Shown: one piece after another, positions 34,329 to 47,362 of the stretch
Numbering within the stretch: the stretch's first letter is position 1
How the letters are laid out: the number at the start of each line of letters is the position of its first letter
Assembly (NCBI RefSeq): GCF_002571385.2
Contig: NW_019217881.1
Span: forward strand, 173,775-230,594
Length of the DNA stretch: 56,820 nucleotides
Source: Stylophora pistillata
Lineage: Eukaryota
Direction of reading: 5' to 3'
Translations under genes and position numbers: made by a program
Notes under the pieces: generated by a model
The model's database searches: none
Seen by the model: the letters and a program-made list of their open reading frames with translations, nothing else
What the model was told of the DNA's origin: nothing

Positions 34329-36289
34329 ATTGTCTCATCAACGGCAGTAAGTTATATTTGCAAAATGATTACATCTTTCACTCCACAAAACGGGAATAAA
34401 AAATTAAACAGACCATAAACAAAAGCATTATGCTTAATTGGCTTCAACGTTTACCCCACAGAGACATACGCAACTGTGTAACGGAAACCACCGTCACCTG
34501 TTACTGAGGTTACATTAAACGACACTTGTCCACGTCAGCGTTTTTTTGTTCCAAGATGTAATTTTCCTTAATTTTTTCCCGTTTCAATTTCATTCTGATC
34601 AAAGTCACAAATAAATTGTGCGTCCAAATGAATGAGAATGATCGTGAAGTAATACAATTCTGAGAACGTTAACGTTTTCGAATCGATCCGTTTTTGTCAT
34701 AAAACACAGTCGTTTTCAAGTGTTTTAGTGCGGACGGAAGGCCAAAACGCATCGAAAAGTATCCGTTTTTAAATGAAAACGCATTAGTGTGTGGACAGGG
34801 TCTGAGATATCTCTACAGTTGAGAAAGGAAGGGCACTTATAAGACGAGATAAACCCAGATTGTAAGAGCACAAACATTGATTAAATCCGGAATTGAGCAA
34901 GATGACGGCCATACCTTCCACATGACCTTCGGATTTGAAGAACGCCCGAATATGTAACAACTTTGGCGAAATTAAATTGACGCTTACCGATTAAATACTA
35001 ATTGTTAATATTTCATCGTACAATCTAATGGACCCGAGCATGAAAAGAAAATGTAAGTTAACAAACTGATACAATTGAACAAACCAGTATCAATCGTTAT
35101 GGTAAATATGTTGTGTTATGTAAATAACAACAAGTGATGACGTAGACGTTGAGCAAAGCACTTGAGAAGCACTTAAGGAAAAAATACAGCTGAACTCCTT
35201 TGTTTTTATATAAAGCATGACCGCCAAGAAATTATTTCAATGTCAAATGAGGTTTAATATCTAATTGAGAATTATTTTGGTATTTGTGAAGTTTCCTAAA
35301 TTTTAATCAGTATAAATGTTTTCTTGTTGATGTGTGGCCCTTCAAGAATTCACCTAAAATTGAAACTTTTCAAACATCCGTCGAACCCTTTTATCGCTAT
35401 CTGGGCAGTTGGAATTACGTCAAGAAAGAATGTTATCCAATCAAGATTGCGACAAAACAAAGGAGCATTTTGTTTCCTAATAAAAATAATAAAGCCTTCT
35501 CCGCCAAACTTGATTAATCTTCTTTGTTTGAAAGCGATCAATGAATCTCAACAACCAACAGAAATGTGGGTGAAAGATCGCTTCTAGTGAGTTCAGGGAA
35601 TTTCAAACATTTGTGTTGTATTTCAAATTACAGAATATACTTTTTCATCGAGGTTTGGTGAACTTTTGTCTGTTTTCCAGAAGTTGAAAAAATAATCAGT
35701 ACTTCCTTTGTACATATTTTTACACCTCCGCTAATGGCCACATTAAAACTTGCGAAGTCTAATACAGCCTTAAGTAGATATCTACCCCCACAGAGGTGAT
35801 TACAGCCACTGTTCGCATCATTTGGTTTACGGAAAATAACTAAATATTTGCCATTTAGTTATGTAAAATAAATTCTCGCAAACTCTGGTACCTTCGAGTT
35901 TTCAACTGTTCGGAAATGTCGTTCACTGACTACTTAAAATTATGGACAAATGCAGTCTTGCGCGAGAACAGTCGGTACACATTTTGACACCTTTTGAACA
36001 AAGTACAATGCGTTGTTTTGTCATTATTATACACGTGGTATTTAATACAGCTTTGAGTTACCTATCGTTGATGTCTACAAAGTCTCCTCGTCAGCATAAG
36101 TACCTCAAAACCGAGTTTTCTAAATGACTTTGGCATCCCTGATTAATACGTTGCTTAACAGTGTTGTTTGTTATTCACGATTTGGAGCCAAAATGTTGCG
36201 GTGAAAGCCGCAATCCACGGAGTGTGGGAGTACCTCTGAATGTCTCTCATATCGGTCTTATTCTACTGTCCTGTCACTTTAAAGTGGAA

Positions 36290-36871
36290 TCATCTACGTT
36301 CTTCGTCACGATGATAGACACCATTCACTGTGAACGGATCTTCGTTCTCGTAGTTTGATTTGACGTTCAAAGCATCCTTTGGCAGTATAACTACATCATT
36401 ACGGTGTAGCGATGGAACACAGCTGGGTCGTTCCAACTGATTATGCCTCAGCTCAGTTTCTAAAGGTGGAAGATTGGTTGAAAGGAGCGAAACTCGCCGC
36501 TCTTTCCTCGAAGTATCACCTCTAGCAGGTGAAACTACCAAGCGATCACAAGGTGAACGACTCCCGCGTTCAAGCAGAGGTGCATCGCTTAACGATCTCC
36601 ATCGAGATCTTGGGATTAATTCGGACTCTTCGTTGTTTAAATCAGCGGGACAACTTCGTCTCTTTGGAGTGCATGGATCGACTCGAATCGATGGCAACGG
36701 TTCGTTTGGTCGAGTCACCGAAGCTCTTCTCAGCAAAACTTCATCAAAGAGAACGTTTGACTCAACATCTTCTTCCGCTCGTTTTCGAATCATTTCGAGG
36801 ACTTCCTTTGTGTGTTCCTCAGTTGGACTGTTACGTAAAGCTCTGTTTCTTATCTCTTCCGTGTTCCTCAT
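36290..36871 (-). CDS. Orphan protein with a single coding exon, 193 aa, Ser/Arg/Pro-rich
   Basis: ATG-initiated ORF with raised GC; RRAS, RRSC, RRVS, LPSI and LPPL motifs; TATAAA on the minus strand at ~37092-37097. Confidence 0.72.
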   Translation of the reverse strand: MRNTEEIRNRALRNSPTEEHTKEVLEMIRKRAEEDVESNVLFDEVLLRRASVTRPNEPLPSIRVDPCTPKRRSCPADLNNEESELIPRSRWRSLSDAPLLERGSRSPCDRLVVSPARGDTSRKERRVSLLSTNLPPLETELRHNQLERPSCVPSLHRNDVVILPKDALNVKSNYENEDPFTVNGVYHRDEERR

Positions 36872-37529
36872 ACCGCTATAGTTGGAAAACTTTAATCGAA
36901 GATGTCTGTTTCTTTGACTAAACTACGTCTAAGATTTGTGAGTGAATGACTCATCGATCTTCTAAGTCCTTGTTATAACAGTTTGTATCCAAAACAATTA
37001 CAAACTTGCGTCAAATGAGCTATTTATGTTGTACTCCGCCGAGGATAATTGCGGCTAAATGCAACGTAATCAGCGCAACTGAATCGAACCGTTTATAAGG
37101 GAAATAATGACGCTACCACAGCGACAACACATCAGTAGTAAGACTAATATCACTTAACTATAGGTAAAGGGCAAAGCTAATTAAGACGGTCCAATAGCTA
37201 ATGTGCAAGTGCGACCTCTTAACCCATTGTTTCCTTGCCTGAGGGACTTTAGCTGACTTTAGGCTAATTAATCTTCATTTATGTATAGAATAAAGCTTTG
37301 TTAACAAACACAGAACAATCAGTAGATTTACTGGGGTTTGTCAAAGCTCCGCTCTCTGCAATTATGTCTCAGCTAAACGACGCCTTAATCTTTTGAACAA
37401 ATTGATCAAAGAAAGTAACATTGCTATTAGCTTTGCAGTAAATGGTTTGAGCCCTGGGGTAACATGTGAAGGTGTAGTCTGATCGTCCGGGTGAGTGTAG
37501 TCCTGAGAAGGACTGTTGTCGGTGGTAGT

Positions 37530-37572
37530 GACTGACGTTTCGACAACCTGTACGGAAGTCATCATCAGAGTC
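37530..37572 (-). ncRNA. Minimal type I hammerhead ribozyme (minus copy)
   Basis: Reverse complement of 37588-37630 with one loop substitution. Confidence 0.7.
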
Positions 37573-37587
37573 AAATGAGCTATTTAA

Positions 37588-37630
37588 GACTCTGATGATG
37601 ACTTCCGCACAGGTTGTCGAAACGTCAGTC
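37588..37630 (+). ncRNA. Minimal type I hammerhead ribozyme (plus copy)
   Basis: GACT-CTGATGA-TGAC-loop-GTC-GAAAC-GTC-AGTC: CUGAnGA and GAAA core, GUC cleavage triplet, palindromic ACGT stem III as in Penelope-associated hammerheads. Confidence 0.75.
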
Positions 37631-38555
37631 ACTACCACCGACAACAGTCCTTCTCAGGACTACACTCACCCGGACGATCAGACTACACCTTCACACGCTA
37701 TTAGCTTTGTCTATGAAAAGTCTGAAAAGCTTTGCAAATATCTTGTCGGGAATTGATTGAGAGCATTTTTCAATCGAAAAATTATGAGTGGGCCAAAATG
37801 TTACGACATAAATTTATGTCATTTTTGAGGCAACATTTATGATTCCAGAACTGCATATTGATTTTCCTCAGTCATTGCAGGGCACTTCAACCGTGGAGGT
37901 TTGAGGGAAGAGCCCTGTTGGGACAGATTCAGTTTTATGACCGTAAATGGTGGTTCGACCAGTCCGCCCAAGTCTGTGTCAATATCAAGAGTATAGTAAG
38001 ATCTTTAGAGCTCTTTACAAAAATTATATGTTCGATTCATATATGTCAACACCGGCACCCTTTTCGAGGGACAATTCGTTCTTCTTGAACTTTAAATTTC
38101 TATCACGGGAGCCTAAGCACCCTTTCATGCAAAATAATGAAATAAGCAGAATGAAGATGTTTGGATGCCGTATGATGAAAACAAGTTTGATTTTACTTCA
38201 TTAATGATGAAGTCACTTCCCTTTCTGATTGCTCCTTCTGTTCTATCCTTGAAACAATTTGGTACAAGAAATGTTTATTTTATAAAATCCATGTGATGAA
38301 ATAATGAATGACCATAATAATGGTTTCAAATGAAGAAGATTACAGTCTTTGTTTTGTTGAACCTTTCAATTTCTGTAAAGAGTACTTCTTGAGAATAAAA
38401 CTATGACTACGTGTTCAAAACAGAAAAAGTCAGTCTAGTTATAAGTGATTTAACTGCCATTCAGTGATACCACCCACTTGGGCAATAACAAGCTAACGGT
38501 TTCCGTTTGGGTAAGGGAGTAAAATTTCAATGGTTGTTTCATCCTTTCTCACAAG

Positions 38556-39954
38556 GGCCAGTTGGAAAAAATGGACTGGACTCTGGACTGGACTCTGGAC
38601 TGGACTGGACTGGACTGGACTGGGCTGGACTTTACTTTTTTGTTAAATTGTATTAATATTAAATGGAGTTAGTATTTTACTAATTATTTTTAGATTTAAA
38701 AAAAGATAAGAATTAATCTAAAAAATTACCCGAACGCTCCTCTGCGGTAGCGCGTGGCTCGCGAGATATAAATTTTGTTCTGCGTGCAGCCTGTCTGTGA
38801 GTGTAAAATGTACTACAGTCGGGCGTCTTCTCCAATTTATTTATTTATTTTTTTTGGCATACAAGGTACTGTAACTCGTTATTCCGTGTTTTGAATCTGT
38901 CAACACTTTTGAAGGTTGGAAACATATCTCACTCACCGGCAGGCTGCACGCAGAACAAAATTTAATCTGATGAGGCACGTAATCTCTCGAGTGCCGTTGC
39001 CACGTTATTTTCTTCCTGTCAACTCTGTGTTAAAAAATGAACTGTGGAAGAAGTGGTTTCTTTGACAATGGAGAAGAGGAGGCTAGATCCAAGCGTACAT
39101 ACGCTAGTGTTGTCAGTGGAGACGATCAGTCAACTCCGTTGACAAATTCCTGGTGGAAAAAACTCCAGGAAGAAAATGAAGAAGAAGCCATTGCCCTGGC
39201 CACCAAGAACTCGATCGAAGAGCTGGTAAAGGTAATTCATTTATTCATCTAGCTAATCTGACTAAACACAAATGTTTGGAATAAGGCAACTGTTTACTAC
39301 TCATTCTTCTGGAATTTGCAAAGTAAACCTAATGCATGAAACGTGGCAATCGCACTCGAGAGATTACGTGTCTCATCGGATTATTAATCTTAAACTTGCC
39401 AATACGGTTGTTAACACACCTATCAGTAACCTATATAATCCAGATATTCCCAGAACAGAACCTCTGAAAACAAAGCGTCTTTTTTTACTGAAAATCGCAC
39501 GCTAGATACCGGAAGTTTTCTCGCGCGGGCCTCGCGTGGACATGGCCAATCTATAGAAAAATTTGAAAGTAAAATGTTGACATCGAATTGTTCTGTAAAA
39601 TGTACTACAGTCGGTCGTTTTCTCCAATTTATTAATTTTGTTTTTCGCATACAAGGTACTGTAACTTGTTATTCCGTGTTTTGAGTCTGTCAACACTTTT
39701 CAAGCTTGGAAACAAAGTGCATTTTACACTCACCGGCAGGCTGAACGCAGAACAAAATTTATATCGCGCGAGCCACGCGCTATCGCATAGGAGCGTTCGG
39801 GTAATTTTTTTAGATTAATTTTTATTTTTTTAAAAATTTAAAAATAATTAGAAAAATATTAACTCCATTTAATATTAATACAATTTAACAAAAAAGTAAA
39901 GTTCAGTCCAGAGTCCAGTCCAGTCCAGAGTCCAGTCCATAATTCCAACTGGTC
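38556..39954. mobile_element. Non-autonomous MULE-type element with ~220-bp TIRs and (GGACT)n subterminal repeats
   Basis: GGCCAGTTGGAA / TTCCAACTGGTC termini; 9-bp flanks TCTCACAAG / TCCCATAAG (7/9); internal direct and inverted blocks. Confidence 0.8.
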
Positions 39955-42557
39955 TCCCATAAGACAATCATGCATTGATCAATGGCATGAGGGTTGGGAG
40001 CAATTAAAATGTTTTGAATATAATACCTTTGGGAACTCTAGAAACTTCATTCGATTTAATCAATTAGAAAAAAATGATTTACATAAAGACATCATTCCTT
40101 TTTGGTGGACAACAGGAGATTTAAGGTAAAACCGATGTTAAAGCTTAGAAGTACAATTAAGTGAAAGTTCTGTTTGTGCTCGTTTCTCGTATTTGCATTT
40201 TTGTTTTACACTGTATAACTCTGGCATTAGCCGATTCTAACTGTGCATTGGAACATTCTCCTAACCATCAATGAAAACGGTAGCATGCGTTGGACTTTAT
40301 CTTCATTATCTCAATTCAGAGCTATTTGGACCGCGATAGCGATGCAGCTATCAAGCTCAGTATATCTACTGCCTTAATTCATATGTTCTTGATGTAAAGA
40401 GTTTTGTATAAGGAAGAGTAACAAGATTACGCGTAGGTTGAAATTACAGAAAACTTTGATTTTGTTCAGTTATGCATCACAATTAAACAACTGCAGAATT
40501 TAATTAAAATATATGTATGCTTTTACGATCGTGACAACAACTCCCTGTCGTTAGGCACTGTTGGACCTCTTATGATTTGTATTCCGGTTACTCGTTCAAG
40601 ACGTGAAACCAGCTGAATAACGTCAGTGACTTTGACTTGCTTTTAGGGGAAATTGTCTTCAACAGCGAGCCAGTTTGGATTAAGGATGCTTTAAATTTGA
40701 GAAAGTTACTTGTAACGTTGCATGTTGGTACATGTTGGCAATAACGAGAATACAGATAATGTTAATAATGAAAGGTATGTGACTGTGGTTAGTTTAACTG
40801 TTACAGGTTGTTACACTCGCAAAACACTTGACCACAGAGAAAAAACGGCAGAATGTGAATGTTACAACATACACCTTAATTTAGTTGGTGTTGTAATGGG
40901 TCACGTTTGAAAAAGAGCGTTGACAAACTTGGAAGTGGCGCCATAGATATAGTTGCGGGTTTTTTATTTTTAATTGCACAACACTAAAGAGAGAGATATG
41001 TGCTCCGATGATCACGGAAAACAACTTTGCAGTCTCCATGACTTCCTGCGTCTCGTAACTGTGGTTACTGACCACAGGCGGAGCTTTGCCGTAGTATTTT
41101 TGTGATACGTATACATCACTGGCAACAAAAGAGATCATGCAAACACTGAGGAGACTTTTATTGCTTGATGAACAGGAATTTCAACTAATCTTCTGAAAAC
41201 ACATCAAGCCCAAGTTTGTCTTCTTTAGATGGCAGTAAACAACCGATATGGGCATTTTAAGCCGGAAAGAAAAGCAAAACAACAGGATACATTCACCGTC
41301 AGAGGTAAGGTACAGTCTTTCAAATTCGTTTCAAAATGATCACTTGCTTCAAAACTTAAACGTTTGATTAAATTGCAGGCCATTTAGGGTAAGTTTAGGG
41401 GTAACCATGCAGGCAGTTGGGCGGCTTTTTGAATCAAGCTCTACACTAAAGAAAACTAGAAAATGCATATACAATCGTGAATACCTCTAAAACCCACCTC
41501 TTCTGCTTTATCATTATGCCTTTATTTGATAAACCAAGAATGAAATGTTATATTAAAAATGTTATACACTACTCGCATTTTTCTTGTGCTTAAAGTGTTG
41601 ATTGATTATCCACGAAACGTATGCTAAAACTTAAAAGCCATGTATTCTTAGCCGTAAAATATCAGTAATAACAATCACAGGTAGAAGTCTTTACTCTTCC
41701 ACATAAAAGAACGGAATTATGCGGTGAAATATCATATTGCTCATGTCTGATAAGCCACAGAGTCTGTGCAAGTTTCAGTGAGTTAAAGGAATTTGAGCGA
41801 GAGAGAACATTTGCCAAGGACATAGCAACTAGCAAAGCATTGCGTCAGTTTGGTCCGTCATGGTCATAACTGTCAGGAAATCTTAATAGTTAACTCTAAA
41901 TGGTGTATGCGATGACGAAATATTTTAACCGCCTGAGTATGTAATTTGAAAATATAAATAGAAAAATTAATCATTTCCATCTCTTCGACTTGCAATAGAA
42001 GTTCAAATGAAATTTCATGTGATTAGTTACGATGGTTTTGAAACTTTGAGGCTTAAAAACAATATCTGAAACGTTTAGGATGTCTTGCTCTCTTTTAGGT
42101 AATCCTTGTGTATAATCCCCTTTCCTACCACTGCTCAAAATTATCACACAGACTAAATATTTTCGTAAGCAGGATGTAGCTGAGAAGAAGCTAACTAAAT
42201 GACAAAGCTAGCAACAGAAATCCTCCAACTGTTGACGGCAGGGAATCTGAAATGTCAAATACATTTTCTGCATAGAAGAAACCCGAAAAACATCCAAGAA
42301 TGCTTATTTCAGCAACGGGAAACTCAATCTTAGATTTAAAGAGGAGTGGGAAGTTTACATTACGGGCTCCACATAAACTTAGCCTACAGAACCTTGCCGG
42401 AAAAAAACTACGCAAACTAACGGTCTGCAGCTACGTAAGTAAATGTTTACCCACACATGGAAAATTTAGACAGATTTCTCAAAGGATTTTAGCGGCATTT
42501 CTGTTGGAACTTTACCGATTTTGTCACTTTTAACTGTTATGAGTTAAGAGTAAGTTT

Positions 42558-42622
42558 CGTATATGAGAACGATCCTTCGCAGTAAAGCACTATTTGAGCA
42601 ATAGTTTCATATGTTTGTTGTT
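42558..42622. mobile_element. Short SINE 3'-end insertion with 15-bp TSD
   Basis: gatccttcgcagtaaagcactatttgagcaatag flanked by GTTAAGAGTAAGTTT at 42543-42557 and 42623-42637. Confidence 0.6.
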
Positions 42623-44836
42623 GTTAAGAGTAAGTTTGTTTGCCATTCAATTCAGCGAAGAAACAACGAAAATATTTTTTTGCACATTAAGAGGGCTAAT
42701 GTTTCCTTCAGGCTGGCGGTGATGTTTAAAAGCATTATGACGTTGCTGATAAATTTGTGATTTGATTTTCTCGATAATTAGTTCAAGTTTTTCCACATGG
42801 AAAATAGACTTTCGGCACTGGTGGAAGCTACACACGCGTCCTTCATAAAACTTTTATGAAAATGCTTTTATTCTGGATTTAATGGAGAAAAAAGGAGAAA
42901 AAGGAGCGCGTAGGATTCGAGCAACCCTAAAAAATGCCGAGGTTCGTGTGGGAAAGTAGCATTAAGAGTAGACTGATATAGAGACCGCGGGCCGCGGGCT
43001 CAATATTAGGGGACATCCTTAGATACACGTAAACAGTGTGTGGCTAACCCACTAAAATATTAGATTGACTTTACTCATTGGTTCGAACATCAAAGATATT
43101 CACTTTTATCTGCAATGTGATAACAAATGTCATCTTTTAATCATAGAAATTCTCATAAAAAAAGTCATTACCACAATCTCTCGCTTTTATTCCTTTCATA
43201 AGCTGACGTTGTTCATTCGTGTAATTAAGTTCAAATTAAATTGGCCTTTTAATTAATGTATAATGGTTTTTATGTCTTTGAACTGATAAAAATTCTAAAC
43301 ATGCGCAAAAATATTGCATATTAATGCTTCGAAAACGTGGCATAGAAGGTATTTATCTGATTGCAGTGATGAAAAGTGTGACAAGAAAGTCGTCGAAGAA
43401 ATTGAGAAAATACAATATTAATATTGAAGTCAATTGATTATCAATATGATCCACTCTACTATTGGCTGTTTACTGATGATATTTTGTCTGCCTTACTCAC
43501 GCAGGGCAAATATAATTAACGCCAAAAATACGTAAAAAAAGTCCCTTCTCGAAATATCGTTGAACAGACGTAGGCATGTGTGTGACTTCAGTCTTCCAAT
43601 CAACTAGTTCACTGCCTGGGTGTCGCGTTTCTATATAAACTTTGGACCATAGAAGAAAAATACAGCATATTTCTTCGCTGCGTGTTAATAAATAATTCTT
43701 TACTGTTCCAGCAAAAAAACACAGCGTCAAAGAGGTAAGCAAATTACTTCGGGTATATTACCCTAGGGTTCACATTGCCAATGTTTTTCATGCCCCTTTG
43801 TAGCTGTCGGTAAAACTATGTTCTCACGAACGCGGCTACTGGGTAAATGGGAAAAATCTGTTAGTCTTCTGAGGTTATCTATTCTAGTAGTTGACAATAC
43901 AACTGAGATCTGATAAATAAACGGATCTTTGCCGAGTACATCTCAAAGATTTGCCAAAATGTGTGGTTAACATTTGATCAGGGAAATGTCTCTAGTTAAT
44001 ACTTGAGAAAAGAAAAGTGGATCTACAAATAAACTCTTGATTTTCCAACAACAGAAGGTAGAAAGTAGGTTTAAATCTATACTCGAAACTGCACATTGAC
44101 TTCAGATTATTATAATTTTCCTTTATGGACAGCCAACGAATTATCTTAGTAAAGCTGAAAGGCCACTAGAGTATGTAAATCACTAGGAAAAATACCTCTA
44201 CCAATCTTGCTTCAAAGACTCGCACAATGATGCAAACTAAACTGATTAAGGTTGGAAACTGTTAGTATTCTCGGCAGAAAGAAAACCGTTCATGCTAAGT
44301 TACATACAGCTCTTGCAATCAAGGCCGAACTATTTGAAATCATTCATTTGGCATAACAAAAGTTTAACATGGTGATATTTACTTTCATAAATGCCAATAT
44401 TTTAGTCCAATACCAATGTTGATATTGATTGAAAAGTTATCAGTGAGGTGTTATCTTCACCATGAAACCTTTTCTGAGGAAGATGTTTTGTTATTGACTT
44501 GAATACCATTCTGTTTTTAGAGTCGTTTTCTGAAGGAATAACAGCAAACGTGGAGATATAGGAGAGACTTGAACTGCATAAAAAATAAAATTCACTAACA
44601 GCCACTGAAGATTTTTCACTTTTTGATTTTGTGCACGCCTCAAGGTTCCATGAAAATGCTCAGTTTCTTTCAAACTTTTTTCTCCGTTTTTTAAACAAAT
44701 TAGCCGTGAAAGATCCTGAAATAAAAATCATTCCGGTTGACATCATTGGATTATTTTACGATTAGAAAACTAATGTGTGTTTTCGTCAACTATTCGTTGT
44801 TTTGTTGGTTCACCCTTAGAAGTGATCGAAATTTGC

Positions 44837-44837
<1 letters not shown>

Positions 44838-44869
<32 letters not shown>
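44838..44869. repeat. (AAT)n microsatellite
   Basis: Direct. Confidence 0.95.
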
Positions 44870-44871
<2 letters not shown>

Positions 44872-47362
44872 CCTTTATTTAAACAAGATAATGTTTCAAA
44901 GCTGACCAGCTTGTGGCGTCATGTGTAAATGAAATAAACTACTAAATGAAATAAAAATCATGCGCTTGGCCATGATGTAAAAAAATGAGCGTCTATTAAA
45001 GTATTAAGTAAAGAAAGTTCTCCCCAGGTGAGAGACTTCTCGGTATTTGATCTTAAAAAGTTCCAAGTTTATTTACAAAAAAATACTTGAAAATGCGTTT
45101 GGTTTTCTTTTTCATGACCTACCAGTAAAACTTGCGTGTTCTCTTTTTATTATTGATCAAACTAATTTACTCTTCAAACTGATATGACGAATTTGATTAC
45201 GGAACTTTTAATGATGATGAAGAAATACTTCCTTAGGATAACATCTTTTCCCAAGCCTTTTTTTCTATTTTCAATGAGACTGGACCTGACGCTTTTAACA
45301 GGATATTTGCAGTTTGACTAAAATGCATGACAAGTCTGTCAAAATTAGCGTTCTTTAGATGACATCTGTGGTATATTTTCATAGAATTATCCTCGCGTGA
45401 GTGTATGTGTCAAGCCCTTTTCTAAAAATATAAGCTTTGATATACAATGTAGAATGAAGTTATTGTTCATGTATTCGAGGGATCTTTGTTAGGAAAGGAC
45501 ACACTTGCCATAACACATAGTGAGGTGGTAGTTTGTAAGATCGAAGTTCGACCCAAATTAACTACGTCTTCAGTAAGGTTTCACGAAAATGTTACCTCGC
45601 ACAAATAGAGTATTAATAATGCATATTTAAAAACTCCTATTTAATAATTCATATTTTATATTTCGTGATAAGAGCGCTTAGTCATTCATCTGTTTTCAAA
45701 ATTGATAACTTCGATGAGAAAAAAATTCTTGAAGACATGGTTTTTCATGTGAAAAATTAATCACCACTTTTTTTCTTTTCATTGTGACAAACGTAGAGAT
45801 TGTGCAAAGTTTAAAAATCCCCAGGGAGTAGTTTTCCTTACGGTGATGGACGAAATATCATTATATGTGACTTATTCATTACATTGGTAGGGTTCCACCT
45901 CCACAGAGAGATTAACTCCTCAAAATACACCAGTAAACCATTAAAAGCCAAAACATTACTGTGCAAATATGCTTTGCCCTACACGAATATGGCCTCTGAC
46001 AACCCTCCAGTGGCTTCCAGTTTCGTATTTAAGCTTTCTTCGTTTTATTTTTAGTCTTGTCTAAACAATTGCCTCCAAGCTAAGAAACCATGTTACTACT
46101 GACAAAGCCGGCGCATTTTAAATTTTAATCATCACGATACAAAGTTATTTATTTGTACAAAATATTTGATCCGATATCTGGTAAGTTATCTTTCGAAATA
46201 TGCATGAATCGGATATTTTTCCTTGTGTTAGAGATTGCTAGATCCGGCGTTTTCTCTTTTTACCAAGAGGGAATAAGCAACATTACAAGGGAAATTGAAA
46301 CAAGAATTAGAAAACATGCCTTGGTACGTGATCTCGATAGTTCAGTTTTTACAATCCCAATAAAACCTAAGAACGCGTACAAACGCTGGTGCAGCTGAAA
46401 ACTTTGCTCATGTCTTGATTAGTCGATACCCCGAAGGGTGAAATAAATGCTGACTTACCTTGTGTTTTTCCTACTGTTTGTAAACAAAAAATACCGTTGC
46501 TAGCGAACAAAAGAAAAACTTTAAAATATTGGCACTGGAAGAACGAATGATGCCTTCTTTCCATGTTTGTAGCAGATTATCGGTCAAAAATAGCAGACAT
46601 TGTTTCATACAATATCAGGCACATGACCCAACCACGTGTTATTTTGTTTTGTAAAGTAGGACGAGTCACGATATAAATCTCGGATGAGAAAAAGACAGGA
46701 TAAAAGCGCAGCAGGGTACGAAAAAATTCTGACTTTTAATCACCTTTGTAACAAGACAATTCAACAAGAAAAATGACGTTTATACTTAGTTTATTTTGTT
46801 ACACGTGGTAAGGCATAATTCCGGCTGCGGACAGCGTGTCTGGGGAAGCGAAAGTTCTGGCGTTCAAGTATAACGGGCGTAAAGGTTTTCTTTTTTGCTG
46901 CACAGCTTAATAACGCGCATCGCTGCCGTCATTTCCGTGTTACACGCGTTTAAGACGTTGCTAGAAAGCAGGGGGGTCCGAAGAAATGTTAAATTCTCTC
47001 CGATAAGAGGAAAATCAAATCACACTCCATGGTAAATTGTATTCCTTTGAATTCGCTCATACATAATCACGGTTCCAAAAACGTGGTGCTTCGAAAGTAA
47101 AACCACGCGGTGACCCGGAATGATCCTATCTGAGCGGGAAAAAATAAAATTAAAATACGATTAACAGTCGCTATGTTCAGATTATTTGATTCATTTTCTG
47201 GTAATTTCTGTGCGTCAAGGTAGGGAGAGCGCATTGAATTGTTTTTACCTTAAAAGCGATGTTTATAATAATAACTGATGACCATGAAAGTAGGTTACTA
47301 TAACTACAAACGATTGTTTGTTGTGCTTGGCAGGTGAGGCAGAAAGACTGCAGGTTTTCCCG

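Larger units (their letters stand above)
37436..37696. mobile_element. Penelope-like element pLTR foldback with two hammerhead ribozymes
   Basis: ~108-bp inverted arms; 13-bp TSD GCTATTAGCTTTG at 37423-37435 and 37697-37709. Confidence 0.85.

Noticed and set aside
38968-39000. Possible hammerhead (CTGATGA-GGCAC...GTGCC)
   Set aside because: Lacks the GAAA core and cleavage triplet after stem II
41100-41310. Possible 5'-UTR exon ending GAG|GTAAGG for the 47363 gene
   Set aside because: Good donor, but linkage over 6 kb cannot be supported without transcript data
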